NCBI GenBank assembly: GCA_951406725.2
Contig: OX597828.1
Location: forward strand, 14,880,001-14,944,000
Direction of reading: 5' to 3'
DNA: 64,000 nt
From: Octopus vulgaris
Lineage: Eukaryota
Shown in pieces: positions 26,964 through 39,792 of the stretch. The notes under the pieces are model-generated. The model made no database searches. It was not told the origin of the DNA and worked only from the letters and a program-made list of their open reading frames with translations. The stretch's first letter is position 1, and each line of letters starts with the position of its first letter. A program made the translations under genes and the position numbers.

Positions 26964-27411
26964 ATTTCCAGTATTCCATGAAAACCTGCCTTACCATAGG
27001 GAACTTATCTTGCTTGGAAACAGGTGAGGGTTGGCAACAAGAAGGGCATCCAGCCATAGAAAATCTGCTTCAATAAAACTCTGCCTGACCCATTCAAGCA
27101 TGGAAAACAGCACATTAACACATTAAAATAATGTTGATGATTGTCAAGCTTGTGTTTGAAACACAAATTGATATGAATTTTCAATGCAATGTTTTTATTT
27201 AAATCACTTTAAATTAAAAAGTTTGTATCATTAGCAGTAGGGGTGGTCAGTCACAGGTGAGTTCGTATCAAAAGGGATAAACTGATTAGAAGAGACACCA
27301 TCATCATTATTTTATATCTTTTCTATAATTGCATGGGATGGATGGGTTTTCTGATGTAGTGTATTGCAATCGGGTGCCCTTTCTTTTGCCAACCTTTTTG
27401 GTTGCCTCTTA

Positions 27412-27825
27412 TTTCTTTATTGCCCACAAGGGGCTAACCATAGAGTGGACAAACAAGGATGGACATAGAGATTAAGTTGATTACATTGACCCCAATGTGT
27501 AACTGGTACTTAATTTATCGACCCCGAAAGGATGAAAGACAAAGTTGACCTCAGCAGAATTTGAACTCAGAACATAAAGACAGACGAAATACTTATTTCT
27601 TTATTGCCCACTAGGGGCTAAACATAGACGGGACAAACAAAGACAGACAAAAGGGATTAAGTCGATTACATTGACCCCAGTGCATAACTGGTACTTAATT
27701 TATCGACCTCGAAAGGATGAAAGGCAAAGTCGACCTCAGCAGAATTTGAACTCAGAGCATAAAGACAGACGAAATACCGTTAAGCATTTCGCCTGGCATG
27801 CTAAAATTTCTGCCAGCTCGCTGCC
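27412..27825 (-). mobile_element. SINE family B head-to-tail dimer
   Basis: Junction at 27592/27593. TSD TTTTTRGTTGCCTCTTA at 27395-27411 and 27826-27842. Confidence 0.85.
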
Positions 27826-28463
27826 TTTTTAGTTGCCTCTTACAACATGCAAGGACACAGTATACCAATTCCAGACCTGGGTTACATCAGGTATCATAAT
27901 AATAAGTCAATATAATGAATTTCTTCTCCTCAAGATATGCACAGTATGTGTTGTTAATGTTGATGGTGGTATTTCACTCTACATCAGCTCTATGACCATC
28001 CCATGTTTGTTTGTTTTTTTTACTTCCAGTAAAGTATGTCAGGCTTCATTATCCAGTGTGTGCCTATTTTTAAGAAGACAGGTTATGGTTTGGCTGGGAT
28101 GTGGCTGCTACTTTTAGCAGATTGAGCAACCACGTTGAACCACCATCATTTGGTTCATGTGGACTGTGTTTTGGGAATGGTGGTGGTAGTAGTGGGATTA
28201 GTGAAGGAGACTAGATTGTCCTCTCATTTTAGCAGGATGTTTTAGAGATCTCCATTCATTCAGAACATATAATCCCAGCAGGGAGTGCTCAGGTCGATTG
28301 TCTGTTGGAGATAATGTAATGTGTCATCAAAGGAGTGTATGTAGTTAGACAAACAGCAAGTCATTAATATTGATTGGCACAAAGCCTCAAATTTTATGGC
28401 TGACTGCAGTTGATTACAATGACTCCAGTACCAATCTAATACTTTACTGACCTCAGAAATATT

Positions 28464-28785
28464 CTTTTCTACTTTAGGCACAAGGCCCGAAATTTTGGAG
28501 ATGGGGAGCTCGGGGGAATTTGAACTCAGAATGTAATGATAGACAAAATACCTATTTCTTTACTACCTACAAGGGGCTAAACACAGAGAGAACAAACAAG
28601 GACAGACAAATGGATTAAGTCGATTATATCGACCCCAGTGCGTAACTGGTACTTATTTAATCGACCCTGAAAGGATGAAAGGCAAAGTCGACCTTGGTGG
28701 AATTTGAACTCAGAACATAACAGCAGACGAAATACGGCTAAGCATTTCACCCAGCATGCTAGCATTTCTGCCAGCTCACCACCTT
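28464..28785 (-). mobile_element. SINE family B chimeric dimer (second unit internally deleted, alternative tail)
   Basis: Junction at 28551/28552. TSD TGACCTCAGAAATATT at 28448-28463 and 28786-28801. Confidence 0.8.
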
Positions 28786-29111
28786 TGACCTCAGAAATAT
28801 TGGGACAGCATAATGATTGGTGCACAGTATTAAATATCTTATGATATCAATTCTCTCTTTGTACTCTCATGAAACCCTTCACCATCTCGTTTCCTCCTAT
28901 GATCCACTGTCCATGTCCTCTCTTATGTTCACCTTCTTGTTCCTTGAGAGTTTGCTCTAGGACCCTATCACTTCCTTCCACTTCCTTCAGCCGTATATCT
29001 CCTGTTTAGCAAGACCCCTGTGCTTATCCTTCTATCATACTTTAGCCTTTCAATATTTGGCATACAGCCACCCACCTCCACTTACCTCTCCCAAATACTT
29101 CCTCTTAGTAC

Positions 29112-29322
29112 CCTTTACTCTTACTTGTTTCAGTCATTTTGACTGGCCATGCTGCAGCCTTGCCTTTAGTCGAGCAAATCGACTCCAGGGCTTATTCTTT
29201 GTAAGCCAGTACTTATTCTATCGGTCTCTTTTTGCCGAACTACTAAGTTACGGGGATATAAACACAGCAGCATCAGTTGTCAAGCAATATTGGGGGGACA
29301 AACTTATACACACACATACATA

Positions 29323-29367
<45 letters not shown>

Positions 29368-29535
29368 ATATATATATATAGTTTCTTTCAGTTTCTGTCT
29401 ACCAAATCCACTCACAAGGCTTTGGTCAGCCCAAGGCTATAGTAGAAGAAACTTGCCTAAGGTGCCACGCAGTGGGATTGAACCCGGAACCATGTAGTTC
29501 GTAAACAAGCTATTTACTACACAGCCACTCCTATG
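29112..29535 (-). mobile_element. SINE family A copy
   Basis: Reverse-complement match to 12962-13340. Confidence 0.85.
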
Positions 29536-31387
29536 CTACCACTCTAAAACATCCTGCTAAAATGAGTAGGGTAGTTTTTTACTTTTTCATTTTTTCTAGT
29601 TGCATGAAAAATGCACCTAGTACACTCTGTAACACAGCTGGCATTAGGAAGGGCATCCAACTGTAAAAACCATGCCAAAGGTGATATTGTAGATTGACAC
29701 AGCTCTGCAGCTTGCTGGTTCCCTCTTAAATCCTCCAACTCATGCCAGCATGGAAAATGGATGTTAACTGATGAGCAGGATATCAATAGATTCAAACCCT
29801 TCACACTTAAGAATTAACCAAAACCGTTCAATGGACCTCGTGGTGAATTGGCATAGTTGTTAAGAATCAAACAAAATAATTTGCAGTATCTATTTCTGCT
29901 TCTTGTGTTTTGAGTTCAAATCTTGTCAAGGTCAACTTTGCTTTTCATCTTTCTGGGTTTGATAAAGTAAAAAGTCTATTCTAGAATTAGAGCACTGGAA
30001 GCGATGCCTTGCAGTATATATTCTAGCTCTTTGCATTTGTCATCATCATTTAATATCCATGTTCCATGGTGGCATGGGTTGGACAGTTTGACAGGATCTG
30101 ATAGGCCCTAGAACTGTATCATATTCCATTGTCTGCATTCAGTGTTCATAATCCCGTCATGGCCTACTTGAGTGGTAGATTTTGTCGTCACCCAATTTAG
30201 TTCTGCCACCTGGTCCTTTGGTACCTTTTTCTGGAGCTTACTCTATTACAAGCATCCAGGCCAAGTCTCCATTTTGAGAATACCTTTCTCCTTCCTTCCT
30301 ACCAATTCTTTTATTATGTGCTTCAGTGGATTTGGTAGACGGAAACTGAAAGAAGCCCATGTATGTTTGTGTGTTTGTGTTTGTCCCCCCAACATCGCTT
30401 GACAACCGATGCTGGCATGTTTACGTCCCTGTAACTTAGTGGTTCAACAAAAAGAGACTGATAGAGTAAATTCTTTGCTTACAAAAAATAAGTCCTGGGG
30501 TCGATTTGCTTAACTAAAGGTGTTGCTCCAGCATGGCCGCAGTTAAATGACAGAAACAAGTAAAAGTGCACTAATTTAAAGCAGGAAAGATCAAAAGGAC
30601 CAATGTCTTCATTTTTTTTGTCTTTTTTTTTTCTGCTTGCATAGTTAAAATAGGGGGGAAAAATGTGTTCTTGGCATGAAGTGAAATAAATCTTCACTTG
30701 AATAAAAGCCCTGTTTATTACAGATAACATTCAAAAAAATGAGAGAGAGATAAATAATGATCTAGTGCCTATTTTCAATCAGCTTGGTAAACTAAGCCAA
30801 CATAGAATAATATATTCTAGCCCAAGAACACAGCAAACCTCTTGCACCAGATTTGAACTTTTCACCTTTGAAAGAGTAATCCAACACCTATTCATTTTGC
30901 CCACATCAGCTCTATTTCCATATATTGAAGAAACTCATGGATATGGAATAGTTTGTATGGGGCAGTGGGGTAGAAGTATGATGTTTTTGAGACAGAGAGA
31001 AGAAAGACTTCAGCTAGATTTGATCCTGAAACATCAGATTCCTCTCCCCACCACAGCATACAAACTTAATGAAGCTTATGAATGTCACTATATAATTATT
31101 GCTGATGCAAACAGCCATCAGTTTCCTTGGAATTTTTTTATTTATATGTTATTAAGGATGGTTACTAATCTGCTGTTTAATACTTACAAAAATTCTAATT
31201 ACTAATATTCTAATATTATTGTCTTTAATCCCAACATACTTCAAGTGATTTGAGGTGGGGGGAACACTCTCTTTTGATTAATCTCATATCCTATATGTGT
31301 TTTTTGTTGTCTATTTTTTAGTAACCAAGGTCTTCCATAAGTAATACAATATACACAAACTTCATAGAAATTTCAGTTAAATCTCCC

Positions 31388-31603
31388 TTAAACCTTTAGC
31401 ATTCAGATTACTCTGTCAAATCTATTACTTATTTATTCACATTGTTTTGAATTAGTTATGCATTATCTTGTAGCTTCAAGATTTCAATGGTATTTTTGTA
31501 TATTTTTAGAATGACATTGTGAGAGGTTGGATTTGGTCAGTTTGAACACAAAACTTGTTGAATATTTGGGCTGATATAGCTGGATTAAATGTTAAAGAGT
31601 TAA
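31388..31603. mobile_element. piggyBac-like MITE family 1 (~215 bp)
   Basis: TTAA on both sides, TIR-like ACCTTTAGCATT / AATGTTAAAGAG. Other copies at 7747-7973, 37173-37401 and ~43880-44072. Confidence 0.7.
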
Positions 31604-31628
31604 ATCAGTCAACCAGCATAGTAGTTCT

Positions 31629-32245
31629 TTAGCCATTTTGATAGTAATCCACCTAAAACCACCTTTCATCCTATAATGCAAATTTCTTGTTTTAAAGTAA
31701 CCGAAATTAAAACTTTCGACAAAAACTTTTCATGTCAGTTTATTCCTAATAGCAGCTTTATAATGACAAAGGATAATGGGTGAAGACCCCCTTCAGTCAT
31801 GAATGACCATGGGATTGCACCTAGAAAGTTACCCTCCAAGGCACAAGTTTGGGCAAGGTTGTTTATGGAAGACCAGCAGTCACCCATGCATACCAGCCCC
31901 AACTCTCCCCACACTACCAATGTTATCCAAGGGAAAGGCGAAGGCTGATACAGCTTGGCACCAGTGATGCCAGAACTCATTTCTACAGCTGAGTGAATTG
32001 GAGCAACGTGAAATAAAATGTCTTGCTCAAGAACATAACACAGCCCGGTCTGGAAACTGAACTCACTAACTCATGGTTGTGAGCCTGATGTTCTAACCAC
32101 TGAGCTATGCGTCTTCACCATAATGACAAAACCATTTTACTAAATTCTTCAAAACAAAATTATTTTACTAAATTTTTCATTATTTGCAAAATCATTTGAA
32201 ATAAAAGCCATATATTTCAACTGAAATATGTTAGCAAAGGGTTAA
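31629..32245. mobile_element. piggyBac-like MITE family 2 with nested SINE
   Basis: Ends ttagccattttgatag / gttagcaaagggttaa. Related pieces at 21626, 26261-27280, 32471 and 48005. Confidence 0.55.
31771..32119 (-). mobile_element. tRNA-derived SINE (head type C) with 11-bp TSD
   Basis: A-box TAGCTCAGTGG and B-box GAGTTCAGTTTCC. TSD ATAATGACAAA at 31760-31770 and 32120-32130. Confidence 0.8.
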
Positions 32246-33644
32246 TCATTTTGACTTTGTTGTGGTACACTGGATATGAAAAAGAAAAACACAAATTGGC
32301 ACTTTTTGCATGAAAAGATAAAAATTACTGGCTCATTTCACATGGGAAGTTTAAAAAAAAAGGAAAAAAAATTAGAAAAAATTTAAATAACTATTGTTTA
32401 CTTTTATTTATTAATCATACTTGTGTATAATAGAATTATGAATAACACACTTTTCAAAGCACTAAAGGCCCTGACCCTTTTGTTACCATATTTTTATTGA
32501 AATACGCTGCTTTTGTTTCGATTAAGTTTGAAAATAATGAAGAATTTAATCAAAAAAATTCTGTCATTATTAAGCTGATGTTTGGAACATAAATTGCCAT
32601 GAAATTTTAAAATAGGAAGTTTACATAAATAGAACCATCTTAAAAGGAAAAGGCCATATTGAATAAAACGGTCTTGGAATCATTATGAATTAAATATGGA
32701 ATTGTCTCAGCTGGATAACTTTTGATCTTCTGTATGGTTGGTCATTGTTAACCTGGAGCTAAACAACAACAACAACTTGGAAGTTCGAAGGAAGGGGCAA
32801 TTTCCAAAAAAGTTCTTTAATTAGTTTTACCCCTGTTGGTTTTGTATTTTTTGTTGTTATTGTTATTTTAAATTTATTTAGTACTGTAGCTATTTCTCAG
32901 ACTTCATAAAGGTACCTCATGGACAAATCCAATAAGTTAGTGACAGTGCTTAAGTAAGTAAGAGGAAACTGAAAATAACCAAAATTTCAGAACTATTGAA
33001 CTGATGTGTGTATAGGTTACCTAACCAATATTGATTAATGAGTTTGAACAGATGTTATAATACTTGATACAATTTGTCTTCATTGTGCACAGCTAAACTG
33101 CATTATGTTTGTTGATGCACCAACTTATGAACCACTCATTTATATATATAAGCATAGGAGTGGCTGTGTGGTAAGTAGATGTGCATGTAAGTGTTTGTGT
33201 GTCTGTGTTTGTCCCTCCAACATGGCTTGACAACCAATGCTGGTGTGTTTACATCCCCGTAACTTAGCAGTTCGGCAAAAGTGACCAATAGAATAAGTAC
33301 TAGGCTTACAAAGAATAAGTCCTGGGGTCGATTTGCTCGACTAAAGGCAATGCTCCAGCATAGCCACAGTCAAATGACTGAAACAAGTAAGAGAGTAAAA
33401 GAGTATTTACATTATTTCATTTTAAAAATCATTTTCTTGAAGTATTCACCTTGCACTTCTTCATTTACCTGCCATTAATCATTATTTGTCTTTAATCATT
33501 CACCTCTTTTTGAACAGTGACCAGCTCTTAAGTTTTTACTTATCCTAAACATTTACCTGTCTTCTAAAGTAGAAGACTGTGCTGCACAGTGGGACTGAAA
33601 CCAAAACCACACAGCTGCAAAGCAAGCTTCTTAAACACACTATT

Positions 33645-33832
<188 letters not shown>

Positions 33833-33889
33833 AGGAATTACCATTTTAGGTCTTTGAAAATTCAGTCTAGTTTCTATAATTAGTTGGTA

Positions 33890-34078
33890 ATATATATTTA
33901 TATATATACATATATATATATATATAAAGTAATTTGTCTCGAATTAATATTATATATATATACATACATATATATATATATATACACATACATATATATT
34001 TATATACATATATATATACACACACATACATATATATTTATATACATATATATATATACACACACATACATATATATT

Positions 34079-34110
<32 letters not shown>

Positions 34111-34165
34111 TACATATATATAAATATATACATATACATATGTGTGTGTATATGTATATATATAT
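33890..34165. repeat. Compound (TA)/(TACA) microsatellite
   Basis: Direct inspection. Confidence 0.95.
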
Positions 34166-35161
34166 GGGGTGGAGTGTACACTTCTAGTTCTGACATTTCA
34201 AACGCACTGTTAGTTACATTTCTATATTTGGCATTATCAATCAGTCTCCGTCATAAATTGAATCTTCTTTTACAACCACCTATGGGCATAGGTTTCTCCT
34301 CACCAAAACGTTTCTACAACACCAGGAGGTAGAGTTAGTGTACTGTCACAGCACATTCATTTAGGACTATAAGTAGTAACTAGTAACTAGTCCTGCTGTG
34401 TGTAACTTAGTGAGCCATAAGTTGTTTATAATTAGAAAAATAATATTCCCCAGTGTTTTTTACATAGGTTAGGTGGTCTGTCTGTTTTGATAGAAATAGG
34501 GAGAAATAGGGTTTTTGATAGAAATAGGGAGGGCAGAGAATTGTGAGTATGGAAGTTGTGTTTTTCCCGTTATTTGTGTTTATGCATTCTATGTTGACTT
34601 ATATTATCTATATATCGTAAGTTCTCGATAAACACAGGATCTTGACCCAGTTTTAACAAAATGTTTGGATCTTTTCACATCATTTATATTTATTAATACA
34701 CATCACCTACTTTCTTTTGCTTCTCACAACGCAAAATATTCCATTTATAATTAAGGCAATATTTGTTTAGGTAATGATATATGACAAGCATATGGTTTGA
34801 TGTTATTAAGTTCTTGTCGAACAGAATCTATGGTTGGAATCACTTCACTTCCTGTATTAATTGTTTAGTTAACCCTTCCATAAACCTCAAGAGCAGCTTC
34901 AACCCATTCTGTGATTATATTCTCTAATAAAATATATTGCTGACGTATTTCAAATGATTTTCGATAATAATCAAGGTATACCAATTACCAGTGTCATTAA
35001 GAAGTTTATTTCCCAACCACACAGTTTCAGGTTCAATCCCACTGTATGACACCTCGAGCAAGTCTCTTCTACAATTGATCGAGGCCAACCAAAGCCTTGT
35101 GAGTGGATCTGATAGACAGAAATTGAAAAAAAGCCATTGTGTGTGTGTGTATGTATGTATG

Positions 35162-35214
<53 letters not shown>

Positions 35215-35548
35215 TCCCCCAGCTACAACAGTGATGGTTCCAGTTAATCCGATCAGCAGAACAGCCTGCTCATGAAATTAACATGCAAATGGTTGAGCAC
35301 TCCACATGCACATGTACCCTTCACATACTTCTTAGAGAGAATTCAGTATGACACAGAATGTGACAAGGCTGCCCTTTTGAAATACAGGTACAACTTACCA
35401 GTTGAGAGGACTGGAGCAACGTGAAATAAAGTGTCTTGCTCAAAGACATAATGCACCACCAGGATTTGAACTCATGGCATTATGAGTGAAATACCCTAAC
35501 CACTAAACCACATGCCTTCACATACAATGTGTGTTTGTGTGTGTGTGT

Positions 35549-35865
35549 GTGAAGGTGCATGGTTTAGTAGTTAGGGTGTTGTACTTAAGATTGCGAGATC
35601 GTGGGTTCGATTCCCAGACTGGGTGTTGCGTTGTGTTCTTGAGAAAGGCACTTCATTTCACGTTGCTCTGCGATCATTTCGACATCTGACATGTGGCACC
35701 CGTTGCACCTGCACAGGTAATGTCGATCTGATGGAGGGTGTGAGCTTATGCCAACACAAACATTTGATCGCTATAAACAAATTATCTGTGTGGTTGTTCG
35801 GTAAGAAACTGTCAAACCCTCATCCGTCATTTAACAACAGGAGAGTCCATTATATATATATATAT
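35549..35865 (+). mobile_element. tRNA-derived SINE (head type C, third tail type)
   Basis: A/B boxes (GGTTCGATTCCC) and a (TA)n end. Head-to-head with a minus-strand relative at ~35215-35520. Confidence 0.7.
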
Positions 35866-36377
35866 ATTGTATGTGTGAGTTGATTATTTATATATTTATA
35901 GAAAGAGAGAGAGAGAGAGAGAAAGAAAGAGAGATATTTGTGTCTCTTTATCTTGACAACGTGACAGTTGTAAAAGAGTGTGTCACTTTCAATCAATTGA
36001 TTCTTCTTCACTTCAGTGCAGTTAAATAAGTACGATGATAGGTTAAGATGGACGGCACCTCTCACTTACAATGTCTTCTTTATATTCTGGAAAGAAAACA
36101 AAAGCCTACTTTCACCATTATAAACTGATGACATGGGTGGACTGAATTTGTAAAAAAGAGTGGTTGTGCCAACTATGGAACAAAAGTGAAGACATAATCA
36201 GGATTATTATTAACACTGCGAATGAAGCTTGAATGTTACACTTTCAACAACTATGAAAGGAAATTGACAACATAATCTTTCACCTAATTAAACAATGTTA
36301 TGAAGATCTACAAATTTATACATCAATATAAAAATAACATATATATATGTATATATATATATATTTATATATATATA

Positions 36378-36679
36378 TCACCGTGACCGACCAGGCTATC
36401 AGATGTTGCTACACATCGCTGGTCACAATGCGCTTCGCATTGTTTTAGCCTTCAAATGACACCACCCCGCTGGCTAAGCGGGCACGCCAACAGAAGAAAG
36501 AGTGAGAGAAAGTTGTGGCGAAAGAGTACAGCAGGGTTCGCCATCACTACCCTGCCGGAGCTTCGTGGAGCTTTAGGTGTTTTCACTCAATAAACACTCA
36601 CAACGCCCGGTCTGGGAATCAAAACTGCGATCCTACGACCGCGAGTCCGCTGCCCTAACCACTGGGCCATTGCGCCTCC
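36378..36679 (-). mobile_element. Young tRNA-derived SINE with (TA)n tail
   Basis: Minus strand GGAGGCGCAATGGCCCAGTGGTTAGGGCAGCGGACTCGCGG... tRNA-like head. CpG-rich in a CpG-poor intron. Confidence 0.8.
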
Positions 36680-37172
36680 ATATATAACATGGAATTTCCA
36701 TGAGTCCTGCTTGTGTAGTATTACTACTGTTACAGCATTCCTTCAAGACACAAAACACAGATTACCAAAAAACACCGACTGAATGGGAGGAACTAAAGAA
36801 CATAAAGCAAGTAAATTCAAAGACCTAGTTTTTCGCAATCGTTTTCCATTTTTGCTATCCTCTGAAGTTGATAGTTTTCATTCTGTTGATCTATTTATGG
36901 TGTCTCTGGCGTTTTACGAGTCCAATTTCTCATTCAGGACAAGTATTTCCAGATGGCTAGTCAAACCTTGGTTGTTGTTGTTTTTTTTCTTTCTTTCTCT
37001 TTTCTTCCTGCTCTGCTCATCTGTTACTTCAAAAGTTATTCTTCCTTCTTCAATATTGGTTCACTAAAGTTTCCCATCATTGGCATTGGTTTTTTTTAAG
37101 ATGTCTTTCAATCTCTTCTGTTCTCTGCCTCCGTTACAGTAGCCTTCTCTAAGCAGGAAATAAACCTTTTGT

Positions 37173-37401
37173 TTAACCCTTTGGCATTTAAACTGATCAT
37201 ATCCGTCCAAAATATTCTATTTGTTTTATGTTCAAACTGGCCAGATCCAGTCTCTAACACCTACCCTACAATGTCAATCTCAAAATATACGATCAACATT
37301 ATTTGAAAATTCAAGGCTGTGAGATAATGCATGATTAATTCAAGCAATGTGAATAAAATAGCATGAGATTTGAGAGAGTAATCTGAACACTAAAAGAGTA
37401 A
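37173..37401. mobile_element. piggyBac-like MITE family 1, reverse copy
   Basis: Starts TTAACCCTTTGGCATT and matches 7747-7973. Confidence 0.65.
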
Positions 37402-37469
37402 GCAGATGTTCACCTTGCATCTGAACATGACCCCTAGTTTTTGTTTTTTTTTTCTTTTCTTTTCTTTTT

Positions 37470-37950
37470 TCTTAATGTTGAAGGCCCCAATGTTTGATTC
37501 TTGCTTCTTTCAACTGTCTTCCCAACTGGGATATTAGGTGTTTTGAAGATAAAGTTGATGGAATTTTTGAAGTACCTTTAGATGTATTTGGTATGTTGTC
37601 CGGGTTTGCAATATATATGTTCAAGAGAGCTGGAATCACCTCTACACTCATCATCATCATCATCATCGTTTAACGTCCGCTTTCCATGCTAGCATGGGTT
37701 GGACGGTTCAACTGGGGTCTGGGGAGCCCGAAGGCTGCACCAGGCCAGTCAGATCTGGCAGTGTTTCTACAGCTGGATGTCCTTCCTAACGCCAACCACT
37801 CCGAGAGTGTAGTGGGTGATTTTATGTGCCACCGACACAGGTGCCAGACAAGGCTGGCGAACGGCCACGCTCGGATGGTGTTTTTATGTGCCACCGACAC
37901 TGTAAACTAATATTTTGGTATCTGTTCCAATATCATAATAATGTAATGTA
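37470..37950 (-). mobile_element. Decayed RTE LINE ORF2 fragment interrupted by a SINE
   Basis: Minus-strand pieces YDIGTDTKILVY and YQIHLKVLQKFHQ..WED resemble the RTE thumb region. They are frameshifted and split by the SINE at 37649-37900. Confidence 0.55.
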
Positions 37951-38610
37951 AACTTCAGGTTGCATTCCCTAGAACACATGATACTTCTCAGGTCAACAAA
38001 CTAAATTCACTTGTAAATACGGCAACTGGAGTTGGTGGGTCTTTTGCAACCTTTGTTTACCTTCACAGCCATTGTATTCAAGTTAACTTGCAAAACTCCC
38101 TCTTTTTGTCTCTCAATACTACACACCACTCAGCTGAGGGGTCTTCCAAGTTATTTGGTGACCTCACTGCTGCTAGTACCATGTAAAAAGCATCCAGTAC
38201 ACTCTGTAAAGTGGTTGGCATTATGAAGGGCATCCGGCCATAGAAATCATGCCAAAGCAGACAGTAGAACTTGGTGCAGTCTTCTGACTTACCAGTTCCT
38301 GCTGAACTGTCCAACCCATGCCAGCATGGGAAAAAGACATTAAATGATGATGATGATGATTAGTCTATCCGATCTCTTGGTGCAGTCTTGTAAATTGTAA
38401 GTTGGACTGTTAAGAGTGGCCCTACCAGAAATTAATATCTATCCACATCTCTTAGCCTCACTAATCTCAACAAAGAAGATGAAGAGGGAATCTCTTCAAG
38501 AAACAAAACAGAACTCACTTAAAAGCTCAAAATGAAATGAAAGAGCTTAGAACAATAACAAAATCAAGGAAAATTTGGAGGGAATTAACAAATGTTATTA
38601 CTAGGAATGT

Positions 38611-38856
38611 GTGTGGAGGCGTGTGGCTTAGTGGTTAGGGTGTCAGTATCATGATCGTAAGATTGTGGTTTTGATTCCTGAACCAGGCAGCATATTGTGT
38701 TCTTGAGCAAAACACTTCATTTCACGTTGCTTCACTCCACTCAGCTGGCAAAAATGAGTAACACTGCGATGGACCAGATGGGGAACACATACACCATTGA
38801 AACCGGGCCCATGAGCCTGGCTAAGCTTGAAAAGGGCGCATTTATTTTTTTTTATA
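38611..38856 (+). mobile_element. tRNA-derived SINE (head type C, different tail) with TSD
   Basis: GGAGGCGTGTGGCTTAGTGGTTAGGG head. TSD ACTAGGAATGT on both sides. Confidence 0.8.
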
Positions 38857-39060
38857 ACTAGGAATGTAGTGTAAATGAATCCAAAGACCCAGTTTTTGAC
38901 AATATAACATTGCCAATATGAAATTATGACAAGCTATTATATTATACCAATGGCCTAGTCTCTTATTTACCTAATAACAAAGAATGTAAAAGACATTTAA
39001 TGTCGTATAGAAATGATCTTTTTTGCTTTCAAAATAACATATTTTCTTAATTTTTTGCAG

Positions 39061-39099
39061 CTTGTATATCCAGGACATGTGAAATTAACAGAGAAAGAG
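39061..39099 (+). CDS. DENND6: DENND6 coding exon 2 (39 nt, LVYPGHVKLTEKE)
   Basis: ttttttgcag|CTTGTATATCCAGGACATGTGAAATTAACAGAGAAAGAG|gtaagc. The peptide matches the VIYPxHxKLTxxE segment that follows GQAVE in DENND6 proteins. Confidence 0.9.
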
Positions 39100-39792
39100 G
39101 TAAGCTTTAGTAACTTCATTCTTTTGGCTTTATTGTTAGTTGAATGTCATCATAGTTAAAAATGTGTAAAGATATGCAGTATGAATTGTGATTCATACTG
39201 TAGGCACTTTTGTATCTGTTTATGTGTATTTGAGAAAATTACTTCAAATATTTTATTATGGCCCCGATTCACAGAACACTTGTTAATTTTGTGTTGAATT
39301 TATTACTTGCAACAGATATGGGTACCCTTTCTGGGGACAGCAGGTCACATTTAAGTATATACTCATAACTTGAGTATACTCTGTAAAGTGGTTTGCGTGA
39401 GGAACAGCATCCGGCTGTAGAAACCAAGCCAAAACTGACTAAGGAACCCTGTGCAGCCCCTGGCTTTGTCAGTTCCTGTCAATCCATCTAACCTATACCA
39501 GCATGGAAAACAGTCATTAAATGATGATGATGGTAATTGATCTACACTATTAACGTAAAAGTGATTAGTGACATTCATCTGACTTATTACAGCCTGAGTT
39601 TAAATTTCACTGAAGTTTACTTAACCTTTTATGCTTTCAGTTGATAAAATAAGTACCAGTCAAGTACTGGGGTTAATAAAACTGGCTACCCCCTCCCACT
39701 AAAATTACTGGTTTTGTGCCAACATTTGGAATTATCAATTTGGGCCTTTAAAAGACCTCTTCATCAACATCATCATCATTATTATTATTATT

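Noticed and set aside
30765-31205. 146-aa ORF
   Set aside because: No recognisable domain or splice context, and it lies in DENND6 intron 1. Likely chance or decayed TE.
36600-36679. tRNA gene (also the heads at 12962, 35549, 38611, 43640)
   Set aside because: A/B boxes run into SINE bodies with tails or TSDs, and no complete acceptor stem or terminator was seen.
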